A DNA stretch of 64,000 nucleotides, taken from the NCBI GenBank assembly GCA_964035545.1, contig OZ037768.1, positions 16,909,875 through 16,973,874 on the forward strand. The letters run 5' to 3'. Below, piece by piece: positions 1 through 11,900 of the stretch. Under the pieces are notes generated by a model. The model did not search any database. It was given only the letters and a program-made list of their open reading frames with translations, and was not told where the DNA came from. This stretch comes from Bugula neritina (Eukaryota > Animalia > Bryozoa). The position numbers were made by a program, and so were the translations under genes. Each line of letters opens with the position of its first letter. Positions within the stretch are counted from its first letter, which is position 1.

Positions 1-178
1 TTGACTTGGGTATGTTATATACTATCTATACAATATGTAAGATAATATACAATTCAGTGTGGAACAGAACATTTTTCATTATATTTTAAACTTTCACCGC
101 AACTGAATTTCCAACTAGAGGCTCTAGTAAATACCAATATTTATGTTTGTAATAAAATAATTAAAAACCAGTACTCAC

Positions 179-1351
179 TGTTTTATGTTCGAAGCCAATC
201 ACTTTGCCATGAATATATGTAATACCGAGATATTTATTCTTTCCTTTTAATCCAGAGAGCAGAGCAGCAGGATCAAACCAGCCTTCCCCCTGCATGCCAA
301 CACTGGCCACTTCAATACCATCAACGTTCATCCACCGGTACCTTTTCTTCAACATTTCTTGAGTAAGCAGCATGTTGACTGCACCACACTCCATTTGTAA
401 CTGATGAGACTTGAGCATATCATCCGCCCCTTCCTTATCAGCCAGGATGAGATAACCTCCGTGATTGAACTGCACGTCTGGGGGAGGCTCCCCCTTCACC
501 GCCAGCAAATCATTTGCACGTCTCAAAAATTCAAAGCCGAACTGCGACATCTCAATGTTTTCTCTACATGAAAATTGCTGCCTCATACCTATAAAACATG
601 GCTAGTCTATTAGAATCCACCAAATTTATATAGTAACTACTTGGGATTGAAAAATGCCTGTTCAATAGCACTAGCCCACTTGTGTTTGTTTATTCAGCGT
701 AATTATTGAACTATGCATGGAAGAAGAACTAAACTAACTTGAAAACTATCAAAAATAACATTTGGTAGGGGGAACAGTAATTTAAATATTACAAAAGCAA
801 AATTTAAGAAAATATGACACATCTCTGAAGAATTGATTTGTTAAAGTCAGAAATATGCGGCAACTTCTTATAACACTGCCACAAAAACATTGACTACAAT
901 ATTCTCTGTACCAACCTCCAGCCGACAAGAGCGCTGAGGCTTGACAGTAGGCAGTATCTTGTTCTACTACCATCACATTAAGTTTGTTTTGACTTTCTTT
1001 GAGGAAATAAGCAATGCTAGACCCAACGACACTGCCTATAATACAAGAAAAACATTTCAAAGCTGTACCATAAATATGGACTATACTCTGATATTTATCG
1101 TCATCACTATATTACATAAAAATAATGCTAGGAAAAATTTGTCAATTTTTGTTATAAAACTGACCACCAATTATGAGCACATCACATTCTCTTGGACAGG
1201 GCAATATGTTGTCCATACGTCCATCCAGAATACCATGTTTTAGCACTTTGATAGGATCTTTCAAGTCAGACACTGAAGGCAATCTTGCATAAAACCGTTC
1301 GTTGCGATAGAAATGAGTGTTCACACCCAAAAACCGTCTCAATAGTTTCAT
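179..1351 (-). CDS. FOXRED1: FAD-dependent oxidoreductase domain-containing protein 1, first three coding exons (1351-1165, 1035-916, 588-179); gene continues beyond the left edge
   Basis: The spliced product reads ...CDVLIIGGSVVGSSIAYFLK...VVEQDTAYCQASALLSAGGMRQQFSCRENIEMSQFGFEFLR...GYLILA...EGWFDP, which are FOXRED1 family motifs. Introns are GT-AG with consistent phases, and the basic N-terminus resembles a mitochondrial transit peptide. Confidence 0.92.
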
Positions 1352-2113
1352 GTTGATAGATCTAAAAGAAAACTAAACGGCGCCAATTAAAAGTATTCCC
1401 TAAATACATATTTAAGACTTGAGGTTATTGGAGATTTGAATAAAATTCTTAGACCTCTTCTAATGCAGATTGCAAAAGACTAAAATCTACAATGTTGATG
1501 AGTTGTGCTGAAAGTGAATATAATGCTGCTTTAGTTTTATTATTTAACATTGATTAGTAATAGTAATACTAATCACTCCTTTTACTAACACTAACAGTAT
1601 ATCAAAATGTAACACTAATAGTAATACCAATACTAATAATAATAGTAATACTAGTTATACTACTACTAATAGTAATACTAATAGCTACAAAAACGTTATT
1701 TCAAAATAAATATTTCACATTAAATCATTTGTTTTTAATCTAAATGTCATAATTACAAGGCTCTAGTAAAATAATAACAACATTGAATTTTAATCTGATG
1801 GCGACGGCATGAAGTTACTTGAATACTATCAATATGAATATCATCATGATCAGGGCTACAAGTTTGCAAGTGATTTATAATGCAGTTCAGAAAATGAAAT
1901 GGTTTGGTAAGCAGCGCCGAATTAGGGGTGACTGAGTGAGTGAGTCAGAGATGATTGAATAAATCACACTGGACCGAGTGCAGTAATTTACAGCTCTTAA
2001 GCTTAGTGTCGAAGGTTTTCAATAAACCTCAATTTTAAATTTGAGAACACTGAACTGCTGCACTGAATCTTAGTTACTTTCAACTCCAGGCTGTTAGTAG
2101 AATTATATTAGCA

Positions 2114-2168
2114 GTTCTGACCAATGAACTCAATAATTATTCCACTATTCCAGCTCAGTGGTTCTGAC
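2114..2168. mobile_element. 39-bp P-element remnant (both termini only) flanked by the 8-bp TSD GTTCTGAC; probable excision footprint
   Basis: GTTCTGAC lies at 2114-2121 and 2161-2168. 2122-2141 is the exact reverse complement of 21084-21103, and 2145-2160 is the exact reverse complement of 17474-17489. These are the two ends of the P element in this window; 3 nt of filler (CCA) lie between them. Confidence 0.88.
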
Positions 2169-2953
2169 TATCGAAATGACATGTGTAATAATTATTTCGG
2201 TGGCGAATAACGTTTACCTCAGACTATAGAGTTGTTCTATCAAACCGGGTAAGATAACTCTCCGATGTAATCTGACGTAATTACCAGGTGTAACATATTA
2301 TTGTGTGGTTGAACTACATAGCCACAGGTAAATCATAAAAAGCCTATATCATATTTACATAAAAGTAGATACCGGAGAAAATACAGTAAACTTCACGAAT
2401 ATTGAGACTGATGTGAACACAGTACGAGGGCAAAATAGGACTAGAAATGAAGAATGATTAGACTCTAGCTACTATTATAATGTTTTTGATTCACCAGACC
2501 ATGAGCCCCAATTTGTATTGCTGTTTGCTTTTGACACCTATAAGATCATTTTAATAATATTATCTTGCTAGGTTATGACTTAATAACTGTTACGTAATTA
2601 TTGCATACATTTACAACAACGAACATTAGTGCATTCTAATATCCCTTTTTTTATATTTCATTTTTGGACCGACTTTAATTAGTAGAGTTGTCTTTTCGAA
2701 ACATAACATAATGTTTTCTGTAATATTTTAACGAAATAATTTGTAACTATGATAAAAGCGCCTGCGCGATTTATAATACACAAATGAGCATTTCCTACCA
2801 ATGCTCCAAAATGAATTATCATAATCATGTTAGTAGTGGTAACTGTAATGAGTAATGTATTGCAAATGAATGATGACTTTTCACCGTTCCATGAACAAGA
2901 AATCAGAAAACTAATTTTAAGTCATACGTAATGTAAAATTTGAAAACAATTAA

Positions 2954-5900
2954 ATGGCGTCTGTGTATCCAATTCATAGAGGAGTTGTGCCCATATCTCA
3001 CACTTGGAATGAAGCTAAGAGTCAGACTGAATCTTTACCATTGGCGTTGCCAATACAGACATCTGAGCCTGAAGCAAATGACAAGATAAAAAGTGAGAAT
3101 ATCTCTTTTAAGTATCTTGAATGTTTTGTTCAAATTAATTTTTCACTCGCCGAAGCTTATTGATAGCTATTTACATAAAAACATAGATTTAGTATTGGAG
3201 CATCAGTATGCATATCATTAAGATTGTAGCTTTGTAAATCTAAAAGTCTTTTTATATGCGCTTTTATGTTTATGACAATAGAACTCACAATTAACTATGC
3301 GCATATCAAATTGTAAAAACATTTCACAACATGATCACTGTAATCTAAACATACTCATACTGCATTACTTATTATCTTTGATTTTATTTGCAGTGTTACC
3401 TGTTGCTGAGAAGAAACCTAGTTGCATTCTTACTAATGTTGTTTCAACTTGTGTAAATAAAGCATCCGCTCATCTAGAACTTTTACAGACTCTCATTGAG
3501 GAATGGTTTGCACAGCTGCCAAAAGCAGGATGTGAAGAACATAGCTATAATGTTGCTAAAGGTATTTTTGTATTGATCAAAATTTAGCATTAGTGTATAC
3601 TTTCTCAGCTATTAAAATAAAGTGAACTAATTATTCAAATGTTTGGAGTGTAGTATGCTTATCAAACTATTACCTAATTTTTATTAAATTCACAACAAAC
3701 TAAAGAGTCTACAAGTTTATGACTTCTCAATGCTGCTTTATTCTTGACAATACATGACATCAAGTTGCAAATGTAAGCTGATTCGTACATTAAAGAAAGT
3801 AATACATACTTTTAAGTAGTATGTTATACATACAATTAACTTTAAGATTTGAAGGGCATACTGAGCTGTGGCATAGCTGCACTCACTATTTATTAGCAAA
3901 GCGGATTCTAGATGCTGTTATGAAAATATTAGGCATCCCACTGAGTAAAGATTAAGGCAGCTATGAAGCAAAATAGTCAAGGAACTTTTATCAGCTTAAC
4001 ATATTTTTATTTATTTTTGTCATTTGCTCTTTTACAGGGTATTCTGAAAATTTAGTTATATTTATGAAAGTATTATATTTTGAAGAGAGTACTAAAAGAA
4101 ATAATTTAAATATATTATATATTCAGTAATAATTTATAACAGTTCCCGATCTGATACATCCTTCAATTTCTATGAAATTTTGCCTTATGTGTGAATCAAT
4201 GTTGCATTTTTAAAGGTATGTCTCAAAATTTGTTAGCTAAAAAGTATCTCAATTTTTTGAAGTTGATGAATTTTGTGCACAGTTACATATAATTTCAGTT
4301 TTTGTTAGTAGACTATTGATTTATAAGTAAAAAGTGCACCTTTCAATATGTTTTATATTCTATTAGAGTAGAACAATGTCTCAAGAGCCTAAAAAAGCGT
4401 ATTTTGTATTTTAGAAAGTTCTGTCAGAACTTCAGCAGTATTCAAGAGTAAAGAAAACACTGCCAGTCGTTTATCTGTCACTGGATTAGGCGTTAAGTCA
4501 TCAAAAAGTGGTAATCTTAATATATGAACACTATACTTTTTACCATTTTTCTTTTGAAATCATATATTGTTTTTCTTGGCCTCTACTATTTGATAGACTA
4601 GTAATATTAGATTTTTTATTCATTACATCTTGCTATTTAAATTTTTGAAAGTGTTTCAAAGTACTTATAGAATTATCAGCATGTCCTTTCTACTTTCAAC
4701 AGAGTTATTTTCACAGTGAAAATGAGAAACTTCTAGACGGCATTTTTAAAAATATATTCAATATCCAAAATAATACACAAAATCAAGATTGCTGTGTATT
4801 ATTTTAGATATTGAATATACTTTTAAAAATGCCGTCTACAAGTTTCTCATTTTCACTGCGTGTATCTTCATCAAAATTTGAAACTGAAAACCTTTTTTCA
4901 ATTGTCATAGCTCTTGAGTTTATATGAGGGACATAAGGAACAAAAATCATAACTTCTGTTGAAGCAAGTAAAGCTGTTTGTTTAGGCTAACAAGTTTATA
5001 GTATAGAACGAATAAGTAGAATTGAACAATTATGCTTCTATTTCAACTTTTTGTTATGCTATTAAATTTGTAATTTTGCTGTAGTTTCTCATAATTACTG
5101 CTCATCATTGCATTATATGTTTTTCTCTGATGATTTTTATAAGGTTGTACTCAAGAAATGTATGACTGTGTGCAAAATGAGTCTATATTTTAAATAAGGG
5201 TCAGCTATAGCGGATGAGTTGCCATATCTGGGAGGTATGGAGGTTATTGAGGAGGTTTTTGCTCTGATATCGCGTCTTGAATCTGATCGGCAGCAAGCTG
5301 AACGAGATCTCCTCCAGGAAAAGCAGAGAGCTCGATTTCTACAAAGGAAGACGGATGAGTTGGTGAGGAAAAGAGCACGAGAATTTCCTTCAGCCGTACA
5401 AGCAGGTAACTCTACATTTGGAGTACAAGACGGAGTCATAATGATATTTTGCCTCATAATTGAAAACATCCTAGGGAATTGAATTTCACATATCAAATAT
5501 AATTTTATCAAAGTTATCAAATTGTTTATTTATATTGTTTAATTTATATTTGTGTATATTGTACTGCATCTTTTTCAACACAAATCTACTGTAATACTAC
5601 AAACATATTTGCAAAAGTGCAACATACTTTATTGAAAAAATTAAATTTAACTTCGGAATTTCATTCATTTTATTCATCAATAATTCAGATGTAGCATAAA
5701 ACATATATGTTGTGGTATGCCAACAGTGTGTTTCCTTAGCTCAGTTATATACAGGCTGTATTAAGGAACTGACTGGTGAAGCAAAAGGCCTTCCTAGTTT
5801 TCTGATTTTGCTAATTTCTATTTTTAGAACACAATGCAGCTGTAGAGGATCTGAGTGAGCTTCATTGGCATGTGACGTATAAGAAGAGAGCCGAGGAGAA

Positions 5901-8900
5901 GTTGAAGGACAGAGTTGACCATGCGAATGCATTCAACGTCAGACTTCTTGATGACATTGCGTTTGTTCAAAAGCACTGGTGAGTCATAGTGTAGATGTTG
6001 GTATGTTGAAGTACTACCTGGTAAATCTTTTGCTAATTGAAAAAAAATGTTTGCATTTTTAAAATAGCTCGCAATTACAGTATCTTAATTTAACTAATGC
6101 AATTATTATCACCATTACCTATAAAGATAATTTTTTGAGTTTTGTAAGTTTTATAAATATCATAAAAAGCCATATAGGGTGTTACTTTAACATTAATGAT
6201 TTTGTAAAAAAGTTGAAGCAATAGTTGGTGTTGATAAAACTTTGGTAATTAATGTTTTATTATCTTGTTTTCTATCCTTTATCGCAATAACGTTTAACGA
6301 CAAACGTTAATATTGCAATGATACACAGCAATGCATGCTATGCTTAGGTACACACTTAGCAAATAATCATAAACAATAAATGTTGGATTAAAAGTAAATG
6401 TTGGATTAAAGGTAAATGTTAGATAGTCATTAAAAATAACTGTTAGATATATAAGACAGATATATATTAATATGCCAATCATTTGTGTTAGTCCATTGGT
6501 GGAAGAGAAGTTAGCTTTAGAAGTGAATGCCATGGAAAGAATTGAAGCTGCGCAGATAGAGACAAGCGCCGAGTTGGAGGCTGCACAGAACCGACTGGCA
6601 AAGACTAAAGTGAGAAACGAGGAGGCTCACGTGAGAGCAGCCAATGAAAGAGTGGCTATGGTGAAAGAGATAGAAGATGTCAAGGAAGAGCTTCAGAACA
6701 CAGTGTTGGTTTAAATATGATGAATAAAATAAAATTACACATGTTTAAATCTAATTATGAATAGGTACACGAAAAACATTTTGTTTTTATTACTTTATTA
6801 AACAGGGTAAACTGATACTTTGGGCACCACTGTGCCCATCTTCAGAGTAAAAATTCATTGCTACTCTGAAGATGGGCACAGTGGTGCCCGAAATATCAGT
6901 TTACATTGTTTAATAAAGTAATAAAAAAACAAAATGTTTTTTATATACCTATTCATAATTAAATTGCTAGCTCGTAAAGATGTATGTTTAAATTTATTCA
7001 ACACTTTGTAGTTGAAATGAGAAGCTTGTCATTGATTGTATACTTTGTAGCACTGAGCTGGCAGATGCGAGAATGTTAAGTAACACGTATACACATCAGA
7101 CTAGTGATACCCGTCTCCAGATAGCTGAGAATGTAGAGGAGAAGAAGGTGCTTTTGGTGAAAGTTGATAATGCTAAGGTATTGCTGTCTGTCATAATGCA
7201 CAGTTTATGTATAACAAACTTGCCGTCCTTTGAACGAAGCTGATGGATTTAATCCCTAATTACAAATTTATATTAGTGTATAGTAGACTTGACAATTAAC
7301 TAAGGTAAAGTAGTATTTGTGTGGAGAGGGGGTACTTTACCTGCAGATATATGTCACAGTAATTAGTATGTTTAAAGTTCTATTTCAGCAATATGAAATA
7401 ACCATGAAACTCGGTAGTTATTTGCTCATTTTTGTTTTACATATCTGAGTATCATATTTCAGATGACAGAGCAAATGCAGGTCAGGAAAGTAGAGGAATT
7501 GACCAATAAAATCAGAATGATAGAATCGGAGCTACACAGACTGGAAGAAGATGCTTTCAAGAAACAAGAAGAACTGACTGTTACAGTAAGTTGCTGTAGT
7601 TACAATAATGTTCCTCTGTTATTACTTTGAGCACAATATGCTACAATTATACACCACAATATATTACTATTGTACATTACTCTATACTACAATTTTATAC
7701 TACAATATACTGAACTTAAGCATTTTAATACACTATCATTATATACTACCTGTTATATGCTGCATTATACGAGTACTACAATTAGCTGCACTACACAGTA
7801 CACACTCCAGTTCACACTGCATACTACAGAACTTATTACACTATATTTTGTACACTACAAACTACACAACATACTACGCTACATTTTGTACTACATACCA
7901 CACAACATACTACACTCCAAAACCTCCTCTAAACTACATACTGCACACTACACTATATCATACTGTGCACTACACTGTACTATGTTATATACTACATTGT
8001 ATTACTCTTCACTAAGTGCTAGCGATGTATTGAATAAAGTTGCCATTATGTTTCTTTAAGACCAATACTATGGAATCACAATACTCCGAGCTTCAAAGAG
8101 CCTGTGAACACGAGCAGTCACTGCTCAAGAAGATCACTCAGCAAGTTGATGACATTCTTATCGAAATTGATAATCTCACTAGGAAAATTGCCAAGTGGTG
8201 AGCTTTCAATTTCCATTGCAATTGCTATCCATCAATTTTTTTAAAACTCCATAATTCAGTAAGAATTTCTGCAGTTGTTTGTAAATTAATGCTGTGAAGA
8301 CGCTAGAAGTACGAGGGCAGAAGGCCTAACCATTTTTTATTGTGCAATCTTTCACTTGACCTTTCAAAACTGAGACTAATAACACTAGTTTCAAGCTTAA
8401 AGATTGAATAAAATATTTTAAAGATTTTTGCCACCTTCTTTCATTCTTGAAAGTCTTAAATTTCACTAATGTTTACAACATAGCGCTTTTTACAATGTAA
8501 TAACATTATTTTGCTAAGTAGAGGACAAAAATCCTCAAATTAGGTATTGTATTATCCAACTTGGCATAACACATTTATAACGCACATTCGCCATGCTATA
8601 CCGTGAAATTTGCTTTTTTCTAATGCACATAATATCCTTATGATTGATAGACACTGAAGCTCTCAAATGATGTTCAAAAGTGATAGGCGGTAAAAGAATT
8701 TTAATCAAATCAGATATAGAGCAAATAGGAGGATGTTTTATTTTGTAATTCGTTTTCAATTATTGTTCTTTAGAGCAGCCAATTCTTAAATTTTTGATAC
8801 ACAGTTTGATTGATATATATATCATTTTAGAAGTTAAGGGATCCTTGGCATTTGACGTTTTAAAGAAAAACTTGTTTTTTTACCAAGTTTGTCAATAAGT

Positions 8901-11900
8901 GGATGTTTTTTTTCAAATTTATAAGCTGTGCTACAATTCATCTGGTCTGTTTGTAATTTTGTAAATATGTAATTTCTTTCTTTAATTTTATATATTTTGT
9001 TTTGAATAGTGAGGCTGGAATTACAGAAGATGAAAAATCACTGAGAAGAATGACAACACAAATAAACAACACAGAGATGATGATGAACCAGGTTTTGGAA
9101 GAGTTCAACAAAGTTCAAGTTATCAACTCAGCTATACGAGAGAAGTTACAGGAAGAGAAGGAAAGAATAGCTCAAATAGAAGAAGCACTGAGGGTAAATA
9201 TAATTGTTTTTTTTTCAATGACAGCAAACATTTTGGAAACACTGAAGTGTTTTATTGTGCTCATTTACTAGTCTCTCATGTTTAATTGTGGCAAGTTGTT
9301 GTTTGTTTTACAACAATGTTATTTTTATATATTGTATATTGATCAGTGTGATAGGTGAATATTGGTAAATTACTGCTTCAAACTTTACTCAATATTGACT
9401 CTTGCTTATTCTACTACCCTTTAGCAGAAATATTTAATAGTATTTGTGTGTCCATGAATTTAGTCTTTAACTACTTAATATTTTGAAAATACTTAGCTGT
9501 GGCTGTGTATATTTGATATTTAAATTAATATTTAAATTTGATTTAATATATATTCTAATATATACTATTATTCAATTTTAATTTAAATATTCAATTTAAT
9601 AATAATATTTAATCACCAGCTAACTTTGGAGACCTTAAAAAAACAATGTAAAGATGAAATTCATACGAGGAGTGTATTGCATACTCGGATTGATTCTGAT
9701 GGCACAGAACTTGTGAAATCTCAAGTTGAAGCCAAACAGAAAAAAGAAAAGCTTGCGAAAACTGTGGTTGAAATTGAGCAGCAACTGCAAGTTGTTGTTG
9801 AAAAAGTTGACAAGCTGAGAGATGTTTACAATTCCAAAAAGGAGGTAAGCTGGTTAATTAGAGGTTGATATAAATGTCTATCTTTATGTAGCTATGTTTA
9901 ATGATTGGGGTGAGGGAATATGTGAGCGTGCACCGTAATTCCCTGAAAATTATTTATAAAAAGTATGTGAAACTGTATTATCCCTTACATAAAAACCAAT
10001 AAGATCATCTTCTTCTTTATGACATGATGTTTTGCTGTTATGAATGCTCAATGACATTTAGCCTTTACAAAAACAGTTCAGTAATTTCTCAGCACTTGTG
10101 TAAGCCACCCTGAAGTTTCGATATTTATATGACGCAGCTTTACTTATGTTTAAAAAAAATCTCATGCAAGTTTATAGTCACCATCCCTGTGAGAAAACCC
10201 CTGATGAAAGGGGTTTTTGTTAAATCGGGCTGAGGACTTATTGACATGGGACACAGGAGCAGTTATGACTGGCTGCTGTTCCTAACATCACCAATGGCCT
10301 TTACTGGGGCTCGAACCCATGACTTTGTGCTTAATAGGCAAATGCTCTAACTCTTAGACCACGATCTAACCCCTAGACCACGATCTAACCCCTAGACCAC
10401 GATCTAACTCTTAGACCACGATCTAACCCCTCGACCACGGCTGCCCCTAGCTTTACTCATGTTGAGATTTGTTCAATTAGCACTTTTTTGAAGTTTTTTA
10501 AAGTATGAATTATGCAACTTACATCAATCTGTAAACCTATAAGGCTTCACATGTATACTCTGATGATGACTATATTGATAGGGTATCTGCAACCTAAGTA
10601 AAATAATTTATCTAATAAATGGTTTTATATATATGAGTTATCCATTTGCTTGAAGTTTAATTTCACTGCTTTTAAAGCAGCCATAATGACCATGGTAATA
10701 GTTATATACTTTTAATTACATCATTACTGGATACTAATTGCTAATGATTTGAGACTAAGCATCTCCTGCGTACGTCCCTCTTTTTTACACCTTGCTCTAA
10801 CTGTTCCCATTCATTTTGTTTTACCAAACATTTGAGTATTTGAGTCTATCATTGCTCAGGGTCAAGAGAATATGATGTCAGTTAGATTGCTCTTTGGCTA
10901 ATTGTCCTCTCCCCATTGCCTCAAAGTGCTCATTTCACCCCATTCTTTCACTTGCATGCTGGTGTTTCATTACTAGTCTAGCTTAACTGTGAAAACCTTA
11001 CTTTAACATACAGTGTTCATGCTTTAGAAGAATCAACAGTAGTTTTCGTCATTTAAATAATTGTACTGTTTTTTTAGAAATATGAAGAATTAATTAGCAT
11101 TCCAAAGCATTTTAAAAGGGTAATGTGTTAATTTGGAAAGCAGTGGCCCCGTAAATCTTTCAATAGTATTTTGTTACTTGACTTTATTTTACCTTTCTCT
11201 GTTTACATTACGAATCTTCAGTTCTTGATTCTATTTTTTCCTGTTACTGTTTTTTTTCTAAATTGCATCTTCTCATGTTAGTATTATGCATATTGTTATG
11301 TACTATTTGTGTTGATACAAGCAGTTTAGTTAGTGGTTAGAGGGTTGTGTTATCTTTCAGATATTAGAAGCATTGGAGTTGGAAATAGAAGAAACCAAAG
11401 CTGCAAAGGAAAAAGTTGTCAATGAGTTTGTTGTAACAAAGGAGGAATTAAACCCTTATTTGGAAGAACTAAAGGTTGCGTATTTAAATCACATTGTGAT
11501 GATTTACGTAGCATAAGTTACTTGCGCAATAGGTTTAGCAATCATGACAGTTTCAATATAATTCTTTGTTTTTCTTGTAAAAATTAAAGGAAACACATCT
11601 GTATGCTTCCATTTTATTTACACGAGAAATCTAGTTAGAATAAATTGTTACTCACTAGCTAAATGGTACAGACAAAACAGTTTCTTCTCCACTAAGATGA
11701 CGGATATAAACATACTGCATTTTATTCTGAAAGCTCGAACTGGAGTAATTAAAACAACTGTGTTGTGAATTTGAGAAACTAGAAATTTTTTCAAATTGAA
11801 ATGATAGTTCAAGACATTTCATAATATTCCTAAGATATATAGTATATACTAATGCAACGACAGAATACAGAAATACCAAACTTATTGTAGACTGAGAACA

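Noticed and set aside
1977-2065. Imperfect inverted repeat near the P footprint
   Set aside because: The arms are too degenerate and no TSD was found.
7608-8059. 129-135 aa Tyr/Thr/His-rich ORFs
   Set aside because: Translations of a simple repeat inside a CCDC178 intron.
10346-10440. Regular 19-bp repeats as a CRISPR array, or the region as a tRNA gene
   Set aside because: The repeats are head to tail with no spacers, the context is eukaryotic, and there is no intact cloverleaf; a SINE head explains it.
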